DNA of 64,000 nucleotides from Trueperaceae bacterium (GCA_965214405.1 OZ243956.1:2528001-2592000), one strand, 5' to 3'; positions 1 to 11,558 are shown, counted from the first letter of the stretch. Notes: generated by a model not told the origin, from the letters alone. A program made the numbers and translations.

Positions 1-37
1 CTCAGTTTTGAAGCCACATGTCACTTCCCAGCCGCAC

Positions 38-361
38 TTAGTCTTTGCTTTTGCTCGTTTCGCTCTTACTGGGTTTGGCCTCTGACTTGGCTGCGCCGTC
101 TGACTTACCCTCAGCTTTGCTCTCGGTTTTGCTCGAGCCCTCCGTCTTGCTCTCGGACGCGCCGCTTTTGCTCTTGGACTCGCTCTTGCGGGAGTCGTTC
201 ACATAGAAACCCGAACCCTTGAAAGCAATACCGACGGGCTGGACAAGGCGCTTCACGGGCTCGCCCGACTCCGGGTGAACGGTCAAGGCGGGTTCGCTGA
301 TGCGCTGCGTAAGCTCAAAAGTTTCACCTGTTTTTAGATTCTTATAGACGTAAGTAGGCAC
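38..361 (-). CDS. FmdB-family putative regulatory protein (Cys-less zinc-ribbon type) with low-complexity S/K/E tail
   Basis: MPTYVYK...GETFELTQRISEPALTVHPESGEPVKRL...GIAFKGSGFYVNDSR matches the FmdB pattern; the usual CxxC pairs are absent. Confidence 0.8.
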   Translation of the reverse strand: MPTYVYKNLKTGETFELTQRISEPALTVHPESGEPVKRLVQPVGIAFKGSGFYVNDSRKSESKSKSGASESKTEGSSKTESKAEGKSDGAAKSEAKPSKSETSKSKD

Positions 362-452
362 ACGGTCCTCCAGGTTGCCCGACGAAGTTCGTAATGGAGT
401 TCGTGGTGGGCAAAATCGAGCGTTACTTTATCACGCTTGCTAAGCTGGAGCT

Positions 453-1475
453 ATGACGCAGATTGCACATGCCACTCCTACCAAGCTCGCCGTCGTCGGC
501 GCGGGCGCGTGGGGCACGGTGCTGGCGGTTATGCTGGCGAAAAAGGGGCACAGCGTCACCCTCTGGAGCCGCCGCTCTGAACACGCCGCGGCGCTACGCG
601 AAAAAGGCGAGAATACCGCGTATCTCCCCGGTGTGGCGCTTCCTCAGAATCTGCACTGCACCGCCGACCCGGTGGAGGCTTTAGACGGCGCACAGGCTGT
701 TTTTATGGCTGTGCCCAGTAAAGGACTCAGGGAAACTTTGGAGCGCCTGCCGCCCGCCGCCGCCTTTGTCTCATGCGCCAAGGGGCTCGAGGCGGGCACC
801 TTTAAGCGCCTTACTGAGATCATCTACGAGTATCAGCCTCACGCATCACTGGCAGCGCTCTCGGGTCCCAACCTCGCCAAGGAAATTGCCGCCGGGAAGC
901 CTGCCGCCGCCACGGTAGCGTCTCGAGACCCTTTTGAAAACGGAACGCTCGCCGCCGCCGTCCAGACGTGGCTGAACGGTCCTTCGTTTCGGGTCTATAC
1001 AAGCTCGGATGTTACAGGCGTGGAAGTGGGAGGCGCGATGAAAAACGTGATCGCGCTGGCGGCGGGGCTCTGTGACGGCTTAGGACTGGGCGACAATGCC
1101 AAGGCGACTATCCTCACGCGAGGGTTAGCGGAAATCGTGCGGCTGGGAACGCACATGGGCGGGCTTCTTCAGACCTTTTACGGCCTGTCCGGGCTGGGCG
1201 ACATGGTGGCGACGTGCTCCAACGCGGGCTCGCGCAACCACACCGCCGGGGTGCGCGTCGCGCGGGGGGCGACGCTCAGCGACCTCGAGGCGGACAAGCT
1301 CACCGCCGAGGGCGTCCCGACGGTGCGGGCGGTGGTCGCGTACGCCGAAAAGGTAGGGCTCAAGCTACCCATCGCCTGCGAAGTCCACGCAGTTATCTAC
1401 CAGGCCAAATCTCCTCAGACAGCTATCCGTGACCTCATGGGCAGAGACGCAAAAGCAGAATGGGAGACGGGATGA
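453..1475 (+). CDS. gpsA: NAD(P)H-dependent glycerol-3-phosphate dehydrogenase
   Basis: GAGAWGT Rossmann motif, LSGPNLAKE, GGAMKNVIA, GLGDMVATC..SRN. Confidence 0.95.
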   Translation: MTQIAHATPTKLAVVGAGAWGTVLAVMLAKKGHSVTLWSRRSEHAAALREKGENTAYLPGVALPQNLHCTADPVEALDGAQAVFMAVPSKGLRETLERLPPAAAFVSCAKGLEAGTFKRLTEIIYEYQPHASLAALSGPNLAKEIAAGKPAAATVASRDPFENGTLAAAVQTWLNGPSFRVYTSSDVTGVEVGGAMKNVIALAAGLCDGLGLGDNAKATILTRGLAEIVRLGTHMGGLLQTFYGLSGLGDMVATCSNAGSRNHTAGVRVARGATLSDLEADKLTAEGVPTVRAVVAYAEKVGLKLPIACEVHAVIYQAKSPQTAIRDLMGRDAKAEWETG

Positions 1476-1570
1476 GCACTTTCACGCCACCTCATTGGCC
1501 CCCTCAGTCGGTTTTATTGTAGTCTGGGTGTTGGCGTCACGCCCTAGCATCCCAGCCCGTAGGGAGATCC

Positions 1571-2482
1571 ATGTCCGCGATTTCGGCAACCAATCTGACT
1601 AAACGCTATGGCCGCAAGGCGGCGGTGAACGACATGAGTTTTGAGATTCAGCAGGGCGAGATCGTGGGCTTTTTGGGTCCCAACGGCGCGGGCAAGACGA
1701 CGACGCTGCGGATGCTGGCGGGGCTCATTAGGCCTACGAGCGGCCGGAGCCAAATTTTGGACGGGCGCACCCCCGGCCCGACCTTGCGCGAGGTGGGCAC
1801 GATGATCGAGGAGCCTTCCTTTTACCCCTACATGACGGGCCGCTCCAACCTCAAGCACATCTCGCTCCTCCACGGCGGCGTGAGCGAGGCGCGCATCGAC
1901 GAGGTGCTGCGCTTTGTGCGGATGGAGAACGCGGCGGGCAAGAAACTCTCGGCCTATTCGCAGGGGATGCGGCAGCGGTTGGGCCTGGCGAGGGCGCTTC
2001 TCTGGCGGCCCAAAGTTCTGCTTTTAGACGAGCCCACCAACGGCTTAGACCCCGTCGGCATCGCCGAAATCCGCGAGAACCTGCGCCGCACCGCGCAAGA
2101 AGGCGTGACGATTCTCATCTCGAGCCACATCCTGGCCGAAATCGAGAAGCTTGTCGAGCGCGTGCTCGTCGTCGAGCGGGGTGAGCTGCTTTTTGACGGT
2201 CCTTTACGCAAGCTTACCCAGCACTTAGATGAGGCCGCGATTACTTATCAACTCGAGGCCACCGACACGGACGCGCTCGAAAGCGCGCTCGAGAGTTTCG
2301 GCTATCCTGTAAGCAAGCTCGAGACCGGGCGTTTGCGCGCCACCGTACCCCAAAACGACACGTCCACGCTGCTCTCGCGCCTTGCGGAGAAAAATGTGCA
2401 GGTGCTCGAGGCGCGGCGCGAGGAGGACACGCTCGAGGACGCCTACTTGCGCCTCTTGCGCGAGGACGGCAGGCCGTCGTGA
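1571..2482 (+). CDS. ABC transporter ATP-binding protein (drug/peptide exporter type)
   Basis: Walker A GPNGAGKTT, signature YSQGMRQR, Walker B LLLDEPTNGLDP, H-loop SSH. Confidence 0.92.
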   Translation: MSAISATNLTKRYGRKAAVNDMSFEIQQGEIVGFLGPNGAGKTTTLRMLAGLIRPTSGRSQILDGRTPGPTLREVGTMIEEPSFYPYMTGRSNLKHISLLHGGVSEARIDEVLRFVRMENAAGKKLSAYSQGMRQRLGLARALLWRPKVLLLDEPTNGLDPVGIAEIRENLRRTAQEGVTILISSHILAEIEKLVERVLVVERGELLFDGPLRKLTQHLDEAAITYQLEATDTDALESALESFGYPVSKLETGRLRATVPQNDTSTLLSRLAEKNVQVLEARREEDTLEDAYLRLLREDGRPS

Positions 2483-2576
2483 GAATCAACGTGGGGCTTG
2501 GGCGACGTCTCGGCGGGTCAAGTATCAGCAAAAAATCATCAGGACCATCCTTTCGTCTCCCCTTCTCGAGGTGTTC

Positions 2577-3530
2577 ATGACCTTAGCCAACGTGATTCGG
2601 GCCGAGCTGTTCAAAACCTTTCGCAAGCGGCGCACTTACATCCTTGCGGGCTTTATGTGGGTCCTCATTCCCGCGCTGCTGCTGCTCGTGGGCTGGATTT
2701 TGCAGACGCGCGTCGGCGGAACGTTTGTCGACAGCGACGATACCTTCAGCGTCAATCAAGTTGTCGAACTCGTCGCCTCGCCCGCGGCCATCACGCGCAA
2801 CGGGCTCCTGCTCTTGGGCAACCTCTCGCCGAGTTTGTTCATCATCATCGTGTCGCTCCTCGCCGCGCTTTTGATTGGCGAGGAGCGCGCGAACAACATG
2901 TGGAAAACGGTCTTGACCGCGGAGCCGCGCCGCGTGACGGTGCTTACGGGCAAGCTCATCACCGCCATGACGGTGCTGGCGGTGCTCCTGGCGGGGTCGT
3001 ATCTGGCGGGGCCTCTTTTCGGCGGGATAGGGACGCTCTTTTTGCCCACCACCTTTGGGGGGAACTGGCTCGAGCTCTTGGGCCTCTACGGTTTGCAGTG
3101 GCTTTTCGGCCTAGCCGGTGTGCTTTTCGCGTTTCTCATCATCTGGTTTATCCGCAACTTACCTTTAGCCATCGTGACGATTTTTTTCCTGCCCGCGCTG
3201 CTCGAGGGGGCCTACACCTTTTACCGCACGGTGGTCGGTTTTGACCGCCTCAACCGTTTCAACGCGCTCTTGGAAGGGTTGCAGCTTCAGAACACCTTTA
3301 GAGATTTGCCGCAGTATTTCTTTACGTCCAACCTGTACGCGCCCTCGACGCAACCTTTGCGCCAAGTTGCCAGCGTCTTTGGCCTCAACGCGGGCGGCGC
3401 GGACGTGGGGGGTATCCTTTCAGCGCTCACCAATTTGGACCTAGGCCGCTCGGTCTGGGTGATGGCCGTTTACGCGCTTCTATTCGGCGTGTTTCTGTTC
3501 TGGAGTTTTACGCGTAGCGACGTGTCCTAA
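2577..3530 (+). CDS. ABC-2 family transporter permease
   Basis: Starts MTLANVIRAELFKTFRKR; several hydrophobic segments; EERANNMWKTVLT motif; follows the ABC ATPase; ATG 2577 preferred to the 2382 ORF start. Confidence 0.85.
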   Translation: MTLANVIRAELFKTFRKRRTYILAGFMWVLIPALLLLVGWILQTRVGGTFVDSDDTFSVNQVVELVASPAAITRNGLLLLGNLSPSLFIIIVSLLAALLIGEERANNMWKTVLTAEPRRVTVLTGKLITAMTVLAVLLAGSYLAGPLFGGIGTLFLPTTFGGNWLELLGLYGLQWLFGLAGVLFAFLIIWFIRNLPLAIVTIFFLPALLEGAYTFYRTVVGFDRLNRFNALLEGLQLQNTFRDLPQYFFTSNLYAPSTQPLRQVASVFGLNAGGADVGGILSALTNLDLGRSVWVMAVYALLFGVFLFWSFTRSDVS

Positions 3531-3722
3531 ACCTTGCTTCAAGCTTTTCTGCACCTTGCAGGGTCACCCGTTGCCCCGCTCCTTCTCGCTTTCTCCGCGT
3601 TGTATTTGCGTTGTATGTTTATTCCCTGAAACGCCTTCGGGCGTTGCGACGCTCGCCCCCAGCTTGACCTGAACCCCTCTTTCGGGCCACAATGGACGCA
3701 CCTCGAGCTTTACTGCTCGAGC

Positions 3723-3864
3723 CTCATCAAGAGCGGAAGAGGGACCTGGCCCCGTGACTCCGCAGCAACCAGCTTTCATATAAGCGATTAGGTGACACGT
3801 TTCACCCGGTGCTTCCTCCAGCCGAATTTACAGACCACGATGGTCGCGGGTTCGGGAAGATGAG
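3723..3864 (+). promoter_or_regulatory. SAM-I (S-box) riboswitch
   Basis: CTCATCAAGAG..GAGGGACCTGGCCCCGTGA..GCAACC...GGTGC..TCCAGC...GAAGATGAG consensus; P1 pairs CTCATC/GATGAG; lies directly upstream of metF-metH. Confidence 0.9.
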
Positions 3865-3987
3865 AAGGCGCAAACGACCTTCTTCAACTACTTTATGAAC
3901 GCTTCTGTGGCGCAACGCCGGAGGGGGTTGGAACGTGATTATCAACTTGTTGGCTATAAATCTACTTGTTACTCGCGTGGTCTATCG

Positions 3988-4890
3988 GTGAGGCTGCTCG
4001 AGCGCATAAAACAGGGCTTTACCGTGACCGCCGAACTCGAGCCCCCACGTGGGAGCAATCCCAAAAAGCTTATCGAGCAGGCGCGGCAAGCCAAACCCTT
4101 CGTCCACGCCGTCAACTTGACCGACGCGCCGATGGCAAACCTGCGCATGAACTCGGTTGTTGCCGCGCACCTTGTAGAAAGGGACGCGGGGGTGGAGGCG
4201 GTGTTCCATTTTACCTGCCGTGACCGCAACATTTTGGCGCTCCAGGCCGAGCTTTTGGGGGCCGCCGCGCTGGGCCTCAAGAACGTCCTCACCCTAACCG
4301 GCGACCCGCCCGCGCGCGGCGACCATCCGGACGCCAAAGGCGTGTTCGAGGTGGACCTTTTGGGGCTTATTGATGTGGTCAGAACGCTAAACTCAGGCTG
4401 CTCACGCGGGCGTGATTTGGACAGCCCGACGGACTTCACCATTATCGCCGCGGCAAATCCCGGTGCTAAAAATTTGGAAATTGAACGCTCAAAGTTTTGC
4501 GCCAAGGTGGAAGCCGGGGCGAGCCTGTTCCAAACGCAGCCGATTTTTAGTGTTGAGGAGGCGTTGCGCTTCCGTGAAGCTTTCGGCGGCAAACCGCCCG
4601 CGCCCGTGCTCTACGGCGTGCTGCCCCTACGCAGCGCCAAGATGGCTCAAAGGGTCGCCAAGTGGTGCAACGTGCCGGAGGCGCTGGTGGAAGGGCTCGA
4701 GCTTGAAGGCGCAGCGGCGGGCCTGCGCTGGGCCAAAAGAACCATTCAAGACCTTAAAGAACTCGGCGCGGACGGCGTTCACCTTTATCCCTTAGGCCGT
4801 ACGGAGGTGGTGCGGGAGGTGCTCGAGCCTCTCACACCCTTGTCCGATTCTACAGCTTCCGACGTGATTCTCGAGCCCCACCCCGCATGA
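3988..4890 (+). CDS. metF: 5,10-methylenetetrahydrofolate reductase
   Basis: [33 protein letters not shown] motifs; GTG 3988 is the likely start; ATGA overlap with metH. Confidence 0.88.
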   Translation: MRLLERIKQGFTVTAELEPPRGSNPKKLIEQARQAKPFVHAVNLTDAPMANLRMNSVVAAHLVERDAGVEAVFHFTCRDRNILALQAELLGAAALGLKNVLTLTGDPPARGDHPDAKGVFEVDLLGLIDVVRTLNSGCSRGRDLDSPTDFTIIAAANPGAKNLEIERSKFCAKVEAGASLFQTQPIFSVEEALRFREAFGGKPPAPVLYGVLPLRSAKMAQRVAKWCNVPEALVEGLELEGAAAGLRWAKRTIQDLKELGADGVHLYPLGRTEVVREVLEPLTPLSDSTASDVILEPHPA

Positions 4891-7800
4891 CGCCCATCCG
4901 AGCCGAATTAGAAAAACGCGTCCTCATCTTAGACGGCGCGATGGGCACCATGATTCAGGATTTGGGGCTCACTGAAGCCGACTTTCGCGGCGCGCGCTTC
5001 TCAAACCATCCCAAAGACCTCCGCGGGGCCAACGATGTTTTGGTCCTCACGCAGCCGGACGCCATTGAGACGATTCACCGCGAGTATCTGGCGGCGGGGG
5101 CGGATATTCTCGAGACGAACACCTTTAACGCTACTTCAGTCGGGCTGGCGGAGTACGGGCTTGACGGGGTGATTTATGAGCTTAACGTAGAGGCCGCACG
5201 TCTCGCCAAACGTGCGGCGGACGCGTTCACGACGCCCGATAAACCGCGCTTCGTCGCGGGCGCGCTGGGTCCCACCAACCGCACCGCCTCCTTGTCGCCC
5301 GACGTGAACCGGCCCGGTTTCAGGGCGATTGACTTCGACGGGCTCGTTGCCACCTATAGCGAGCAGGTGCGCGGGCTCATTGACGGCGGTGTTGACCTTA
5401 TCCTCATTGAGACAGTGTTTGACACGCTCAACTGCAAGGCGGCGCTTTTTGCCGCCGAAAGCGTGATGGCGGAACGGGGCGCGCGCCTCCCGCTCATGGT
5501 CTCGGGGACGCTGACCGACGCGAGCGGGCGCACGCTCTCGGGGCAGACGTTGGGGGCTTTCTGGATCTCGGTCTCGCACGCGGACCTCCTGAGCGTCGGC
5601 CTCAACTGCGCGCTTGGCCCCAAGGAACTGCACGCGTACGTTGAAGAACTCTCCGGTCTAGCGCCCGTGTTCACGAGCGCCTACCCCAACGCGGGGCTGC
5701 CCAACGCCTTTGGCGGCTACGACGAGACGGCGGGGCGGATGATTGAGGTGATGGAGGGGTGGCTTAGGGCGGGTTGGGTCAACATCCTGGGCGGCTGCTG
5801 CGGCACCACCCCCGAGCACATCCGCGTCTTTGCCGAGACCGCCGCCAAGTACCCCCCGCGTGTGCCGCCCGCTGTCCCCGCGTACCCGGCCTTTGCGGGG
5901 CTCGAGCCCCTCGTCATCCGCCCCGAAACGAACTTTGTCAACGTCGGCGAGCGCACCAACGTCACGGGCTCGCGCAAATTTGCGCGGCTCGTGACCACGG
6001 GTGATTTTGAAGGCGCGCTCAAGGTTGCCAGAGACCAAGTCGAGGGCGGCGCGCAACTTATCGACGTAAATATGGACGAGGGGATGTTAAACAGCGAGGC
6101 GGCGATGGTGACCTTCCTAAACCTCGTCGCCGCGGAGCCCGACATCGCGCGGCTGCCCGTGATGATTGACTCGTCTAAATGGGCGGTGTTGAAGGCGGGC
6201 CTAAAACGCGCGCAGGGCAAGAGCGTGGTCAATTCGCTGTCGCTCAAAGAGGGCGAGGGAGTGTTCAGGGAGCAAGCGCGGCTCGTGCGGCGCTACGGCG
6301 CGGCGGTGGTCGTCATGGCCTTTGACGAATCCGGGCAGGCCGACACCTTCGAGCGGCGTATCGGGATTTGCGAGCGCGCCTATCACATCCTGTTGGACGA
6401 AGGTTTCAAGCCCCACGACATCATCTTCGACCCCAACATCTTCCCCGTCGCCACCGGCTTAGACGCGCACAACGCGTACGCGCTCGACTTCTTACGCGCG
6501 GCGGCGTGGATAAAGGCGAACCTGCCGGGCGCGCTCGTCTCAGGGGGCGTTTCCAACATCTCTTTTTCGTTTCGGGGCAACAACAAAGTACGCGAGGCGA
6601 TGCACGCGGCGTTTCTTTATCACGCGGTCCAAGCGGGCATGGACATGGGCATCGTCAATCCGGCGATGCTCGAGATTTACGAGGAAATCCCCCCCGACCT
6701 CCTCACCTTAGTCGAGGACGTGCTGCTCAACCGCTCCCCGGACGCGACCGAACGCCTGTTGGCCTTTGCGGAAACCGTCAAAGGCGACACCAAGCGCGAC
6801 GTAAAGAGCGAGGCGTGGCGCGAGGCGGTGGTGGAGGCGCGGCTCGAGCACGCGCTCGTCAAGGGCATCACCGACTTTATTGAGGCCGACGCCGAGGAGG
6901 CGCGGGTGAAGTGCGGGAGCCCGCTCGAGGTCATCGAAGGCCCCCTGATGCGCGGCATGAACACGGTGGGCGACCTTTTCGGCTCGGGCCGGATGTTTCT
7001 GCCGCAAGTAGTCAAGAGCGCCCGCGTGATGAAAAAGGCGGTGGCGTATTTGCAGCCTTTTCTCGAGGCGGAATCCGCTTTGAGAGGTGCCAAAAAAGTC
7101 CAGCACGCGGGCAAGGTGCTCCTAGCAACCGTCAAGGGTGACGTTCACGACATCGGCAAGAACATCGTCGGGGTGGTGTTGGCCTGTAACAATTTTGAGA
7201 TTATCGACTTGGGCGTGATGGTTCCCGCCACAACGATTTTGGAAACTGCTCGGCGTGAGGGAGTGGACGTTATCGGCCTGTCCGGGCTCATCACCCCGTC
7301 TCTGGACGAGATGGTTCATGTTGCCAAGGAGATGGCGCGGCAAGACTTCAAGCTGCCGCTGCTCATCGGCGGCGCGACCACCTCGCGCATTCATACCGCG
7401 GTCAAAATCGCGCCGCAGTACGCCGGGCTCACCGTCCACGTGCTCGACGCCTCGCGCAGCGTCGGCGTGGTCGCCAGGGCGATAAGTGAGGAGGGGCGCG
7501 GGGGGCTCGAGCACGACACCCGCACCCAGTACGAGGACTTGCGCCGCAAGCACGAAGCCAGAGGCACAGACCGTCACCTCGTCTCCTTGAGTCAAGCGCG
7601 GCGGAACGGTCCCCGGTTCGATTGGACGGACGCGGCCATCACCCCACCGCCCCTCTGCACCCGGCGTTTCGAGGACTACCCGCTTACGGACCTCGTCCCT
7701 TACATCGACTGGTCACCCTTCTTTCTCGCCTGGGAATTGTCGGGGCGCTATCCGCAGATTTTTGAGGATGCGGGGGTGGGGGAGCCCGCTCGAGCCCTCT

Positions 7801-8570
7801 TCGACGACGCGCAAACGCTCCTGACGCGCATGGTTGATGAAAAGCTTCTCACCGCCAAGGGCGTCGTCGGCTTCTATCCAGCCAACAGCGTCGGGGACGA
7901 CTTAGAAATCTATACGGACAACACCCGTCAGAACGTCCGCACCATCCTTCACACCCTCCGCCAGCAGGGCGAAAAACGCGAGGGGCAGCCCAACTTAGCG
8001 CTCGCCGACTACGTCGCGCCCAGGACGAGCGGGATGGAGGATTACCTGGGCGCTTTCGCCGTCACCATCCACGGCGCAGACGCGCTCGCCGCGGCTTTTG
8101 AACGCGACCACGATGACTACAACGCGATTCTAGTCAAGGCCTTAGCTGACCGCCTCGCCGAAGCGTTTGCCGAAAGGCTCCACGAACGCGTTCGGCGCGA
8201 ATTCTGGGGCTACGCGGCGGACGAGCATCTGAGCCGCGACGACCTCATCCGCGAGCGCTACCGCGGCATCCGTCCCGCCCCCGGCTATCCCGCGCAACCC
8301 GACCACACCGAAAAGCGCGCCCTGTTCACCCTGCTGGACGCCGAAGCCACCGGCCTCACCCTCACCGAGAGCTACGCGATGCACCCCGCCGCCGCGGTGA
8401 GTGGCCTCTACTTCGCGCACAGTGAAGCGCGCTATTTTGCGGTGGGCAAGATTCAAAAAGACCAGGTGGAGGACTACGCCGCGCGTAAGGGGATGCGGGT
8501 GGCGGAGGTTGAACGGTGGCTGGGGCCGAATCTGGCGTATGAGCCTGAGGTTATGCTGCTCGAGGTCTAA
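4887..8570 (+). CDS. metH: Cobalamin-dependent methionine synthase
   Basis: [16 protein letters not shown] zinc site, [10 protein letters not shown]12 motif [21 protein letters not shown]; 1227 aa. Confidence 0.97.
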   Translation: MTPIRAELEKRVLILDGAMGTMIQDLGLTEADFRGARFSNHPKDLRGANDVLVLTQPDAIETIHREYLAAGADILETNTFNATSVGLAEYGLDGVIYELNVEAARLAKRAADAFTTPDKPRFVAGALGPTNRTASLSPDVNRPGFRAIDFDGLVATYSEQVRGLIDGGVDLILIETVFDTLNCKAALFAAESVMAERGARLPLMVSGTLTDASGRTLSGQTLGAFWISVSHADLLSVGLNCALGPKELHAYVEELSGLAPVFTSAYPNAGLPNAFGGYDETAGRMIEVMEGWLRAGWVNILGGCCGTTPEHIRVFAETAAKYPPRVPPAVPAYPAFAGLEPLVIRPETNFVNVGERTNVTGSRKFARLVTTGDFEGALKVARDQVEGGAQLIDVNMDEGMLNSEAAMVTFLNLVAAEPDIARLPVMIDSSKWAVLKAGLKRAQGKSVVNSLSLKEGEGVFREQARLVRRYGAAVVVMAFDESGQADTFERRIGICERAYHILLDEGFKPHDIIFDPNIFPVATGLDAHNAYALDFLRAAAWIKANLPGALVSGGVSNISFSFRGNNKVREAMHAAFLYHAVQAGMDMGIVNPAMLEIYEEIPPDLLTLVEDVLLNRSPDATERLLAFAETVKGDTKRDVKSEAWREAVVEARLEHALVKGITDFIEADAEEARVKCGSPLEVIEGPLMRGMNTVGDLFGSGRMFLPQVVKSARVMKKAVAYLQPFLEAESALRGAKKVQHAGKVLLATVKGDVHDIGKNIVGVVLACNNFEIIDLGVMVPATTILETARREGVDVIGLSGLITPSLDEMVHVAKEMARQDFKLPLLIGGATTSRIHTAVKIAPQYAGLTVHVLDASRSVGVVARAISEEGRGGLEHDTRTQYEDLRRKHEARGTDRHLVSLSQARRNGPRFDWTDAAITPPPLCTRRFEDYPLTDLVPYIDWSPFFLAWELSGRYPQIFEDAGVGEPARALFDDAQTLLTRMVDEKLLTAKGVVGFYPANSVGDDLEIYTDNTRQNVRTILHTLRQQGEKREGQPNLALADYVAPRTSGMEDYLGAFAVTIHGADALAAAFERDHDDYNAILVKALADRLAEAFAERLHERVRREFWGYAADEHLSRDDLIRERYRGIRPAPGYPAQPDHTEKRALFTLLDAEATGLTLTESYAMHPAAAVSGLYFAHSEARYFAVGKIQKDQVEDYAARKGMRVAEVERWLGPNLAYEPEVMLLEV

Positions 8571-8584
8571 TTCGAGCCTACGCC

Positions 8585-9850
8585 TCAATCCACCAGCGCC
8601 CCGTACACCGCGTTCCGAAACTCCTGCACCACCGGATAAAAGCTCGAGGGCATAAACTGCGTCATAAAAATCCCGATAAGCTCCTCTACCGGGTCCACCC
8701 AAAAGGAGGTGGTGGCCGCCCCGCCCCAGCCGTAGGAACCGGGCGAGCCCAGCGCGGCGGACTGGGCCACGTCGACGAGCACGCTAAAGCCGAGCCCGAA
8801 CCCGTAACCGCTAATTTCATCCACGCCAATGCCGATGGGCAAATGGTTCGTGGGCAAATGGTTCATGGTCATCAGCTCGAGCGTCTTGCGCCCCAACAAA
8901 CGCGTTCCGTTCCCCTCGCCGCCGTTGGCTAGCATTTGAGTAAAACGCAGGTAGTCGGTGGTGCTCGAGACAAGCCCGCCGCCGCCCGATAGAAAACTGG
9001 GCGGGAGCCTGAACGGGCTGCGCTCGGGCGGGTCGAGGAGCGACAAAGAAGCGGTCTCGGGTGTTGCGGTTAGGCTCGAGCCGAAGCGGTAGCCCTCGAC
9101 GGGGCTGTACATGGCGGCGAAGCGGTCCAAGTTCTCTTCGGGCACGAAAAAGCCGGTTTCAGCCATGCCCAGGGGCTCAAAGATGCGTTTAGCAAACACC
9201 ATATCGAGGGGTTCCCCGGCCACCACCTCGACCACGCGCCCGAGTACGTCGGTGGCGAGGGAGTAGCGCCACGCGCTGCCGGGGTGGTAGAGGAGCGGCA
9301 GCTCAGCGAGCCGGTCAACCATTTCGGAGAGGGTGACGCCCGCGGCGACGGGCTGCGCCTTGCGGTAGAGGTCTTCGACGGGCGAGTCCTGAAACCAGCC
9401 GTAGGAGAGTCCCGCGGTGTGCCGCATGAGGTCACGCACCGTCATGGGGCGTTCTGGTTTGACGAGCATGGGACCGCCCACCCCAGCGCGCTCGAACACC
9501 TTGGTCTCTCCAAACGCCGGGATGAATTTGGCGACGGGGTCTCCTAAACTTAGCTTCCCCTCCTCAAAAAGCATCATGGCGGCCACGGTGGTCACGGGCT
9601 TAGTCATCGAGTAGACGCGGAAGAGCGTGTCGCGCTCCATCGGCTTGTCAGCCTCCCGGTCACGCTGGCCGTGCGCCTCAAAATGCACCACCTGACCCCG
9701 CCGCGCCACCAGCGTCACGGTTCCGGCAAGTTTACCGCCGTCAACGTAACGCCGCGCGAGGTCGTCCACGCCCGCCAGTCTGCGGGGCGAGAAGCCCAAA
9801 GCTTCGGGAGAAACTGCTTCGAATGCGGTATCAGACGTTGTATAAGTCAT
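8585..9850 (-). CDS. Serine hydrolase, beta-lactamase/esterase family VIII
   Basis: YSMTKP (SxxK), LMRHTAGL, PGSAWRYS, GGGGLVS, YGWGGAA. Confidence 0.9.
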   Translation of the reverse strand: MTYTTSDTAFEAVSPEALGFSPRRLAGVDDLARRYVDGGKLAGTVTLVARRGQVVHFEAHGQRDREADKPMERDTLFRVYSMTKPVTTVAAMMLFEEGKLSLGDPVAKFIPAFGETKVFERAGVGGPMLVKPERPMTVRDLMRHTAGLSYGWFQDSPVEDLYRKAQPVAAGVTLSEMVDRLAELPLLYHPGSAWRYSLATDVLGRVVEVVAGEPLDMVFAKRIFEPLGMAETGFFVPEENLDRFAAMYSPVEGYRFGSSLTATPETASLSLLDPPERSPFRLPPSFLSGGGGLVSSTTDYLRFTQMLANGGEGNGTRLLGRKTLELMTMNHLPTNHLPIGIGVDEISGYGFGLGFSVLVDVAQSAALGSPGSYGWGGAATTSFWVDPVEELIGIFMTQFMPSSFYPVVQEFRNAVYGALVD

Positions 9851-9879
9851 AAAGCCCCCTCTTCGAAATTCGCCATAAA

Positions 9880-10845
9880 TCAGATAACGGTGACCTGCGC
9901 GCCGCCTCTTTCCAAACCGAACCGCACCTCTTTGAGGTCGGCGAGCACGCGCCGCACCTCCTCCTGCTGAGCGTTAGGGCAACAGACCATCACAAAGGCG
10001 CTGATTTTCCCCCCCGGAAGCTGCGCGTAAGCGCCCGTCTCGCAGACGCGCTTCGTCACGTCTTTGACGTAGGCGTCTTCAAAGCGGCCCGGCAGGCGCT
10101 GCTTGAGCGTCTGCATCTCGCCGATGATTTCGCCGACGCGCTGCAAGTCGCCTTTTAGGAATGCTTGCTCGAGCCCGTACCCAATCCTCTTAATCTCGTG
10201 CAGCGTCTCGGTTGCCTGGCTCATGTGGCTACTCAGCAAGTCCAATGACGGCTTGCTCTTGGCGTGTCTGCCGCTATAAAAGAAGAGCATCGACGCCTCG
10301 AAGGCCGCCTGCATCTCCGGGCTTAGGGGGATGTCTCGAGGCACAATTTCAGCCCCGTGATACTCGATAAGCTTGAGCCCGCCCAGCGCGCAGATAGAAG
10401 CGTCGTGGTAGCCCGAGGCTCCCTGCAAAATATCCACCTCGATGTGCGACGCTTCCGCGAGTAATTGCGCCTTGCCCACCTCCTCCCCCTTGTACGCGTG
10501 CATCGCGTGGAGCAGCCCCACCGTGAGCGCGCCCGAGGTGCCCAGGCCGCTCTCGCCCGCCAAATCGGCCATAATGACGATGTCGAGCGGACGCTCCTCT
10601 AATCCTGCGAGTTTTACCGCCTCCCGAATGAGGTCGTGCTTGATGTGCGAGACGTCTCGCACTTTCTCGCGCACGTCTTGGTACCTCAGCCGGAAGTAGC
10701 CGCCCAAATTCTCCTTGAGCATCACGTAAACGTACTTGTCGATGGTCGTGCTTACCGTCACGCCGCCGTACCTTTCTGCGTAGCCTTTCAGGTCGGTCAG
10801 CCCGCCCGCTAAGGGAATGCGGAGGGGCGTTTTGGAGACGATCAT
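9880..10845 (-). CDS. GHMP-family sugar kinase (HddA-like, divergent)
   Basis: TPLRIPLAGGLTD, STTIDKYVYV, ATP loop GESGLGTSGA; ATGA overlap with the upstream nucleotidyltransferase. Confidence 0.82.
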   Translation of the reverse strand: MIVSKTPLRIPLAGGLTDLKGYAERYGGVTVSTTIDKYVYVMLKENLGGYFRLRYQDVREKVRDVSHIKHDLIREAVKLAGLEERPLDIVIMADLAGESGLGTSGALTVGLLHAMHAYKGEEVGKAQLLAEASHIEVDILQGASGYHDASICALGGLKLIEYHGAEIVPRDIPLSPEMQAAFEASMLFFYSGRHAKSKPSLDLLSSHMSQATETLHEIKRIGYGLEQAFLKGDLQRVGEIIGEMQTLKQRLPGRFEDAYVKDVTKRVCETGAYAQLPGGKISAFVMVCCPNAQQEEVRRVLADLKEVRFGLERGGAQVTVI

Positions 10846-11558
10846 GCGGGACTCCCAAGCTCGAGCACCCTACTCACAACCTCCCGCACGTTCGCTTCAG
10901 GACTCGGTTTGGTGCCGCCCAAGTGAAGCCATTCGTCAGCCTCTATAAAACCCACGCGCGCACCCCCTTGAACCGCCCGCTCGAGGTTGGGGAGCACCCG
11001 GACCTCGTCGCCAGTCTTTACCGTCATATTTTGCAACGTTTCCGGGGAGAGCTTCCACAAACCGATATCATAATCCCCCGCCCCGCACCACGCCTTTGTG
11101 ACCCTGTCCCCTGCCGTTGTCACGCGCACCCTCGGGTTCTCGTCCTCCGGGCCTGCGGCGAGCGTTTGGACGTTGGCTTCCGGATGATCAAACACGCGCT
11201 CAAAAAGAGACGTGGGAACGAAGAGGTCGGCGAGCCACACGATGACGGGCTGAGTAGGCCGGTACGTTTCCCACACCAAATGCAGCGCGTGGCCGGTGCC
11301 CAGAGCTTGGGGCTGGGTGAGGTACTCGAGCTTAAGCCCCTCATAAACCTCGCCAAAGTAGCGTCTAACCTGCTCCGCGTGATGGCCTACTACCAGGATG
11401 AGCCTATCTTCTTTGTTGACGTGTCGGCTTTGAATGAGGTTGTGGATGGAGAATTCTAAAAATGGGCGCAGGCCCACGGGGTACATGCACTTTTGTAAGT
11501 AGTCGCCCAGGTGCCCGAAGCGGGTGCCTTTGCCTGCGGCGAGACAGACGTAATCCAT
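10842..11558 (-). CDS. Sugar-phosphate nucleotidyltransferase (NTP_transferase family)
   Basis: LAAGKGTRF...KCMYPV N-terminal motif, LGTGHAL, WLHLGG. Confidence 0.85.
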   Translation of the reverse strand: MDYVCLAAGKGTRFGHLGDYLQKCMYPVGLRPFLEFSIHNLIQSRHVNKEDRLILVVGHHAEQVRRYFGEVYEGLKLEYLTQPQALGTGHALHLVWETYRPTQPVIVWLADLFVPTSLFERVFDHPEANVQTLAAGPEDENPRVRVTTAGDRVTKAWCGAGDYDIGLWKLSPETLQNMTVKTGDEVRVLPNLERAVQGGARVGFIEADEWLHLGGTKPSPEANVREVVSRVLELGSPA

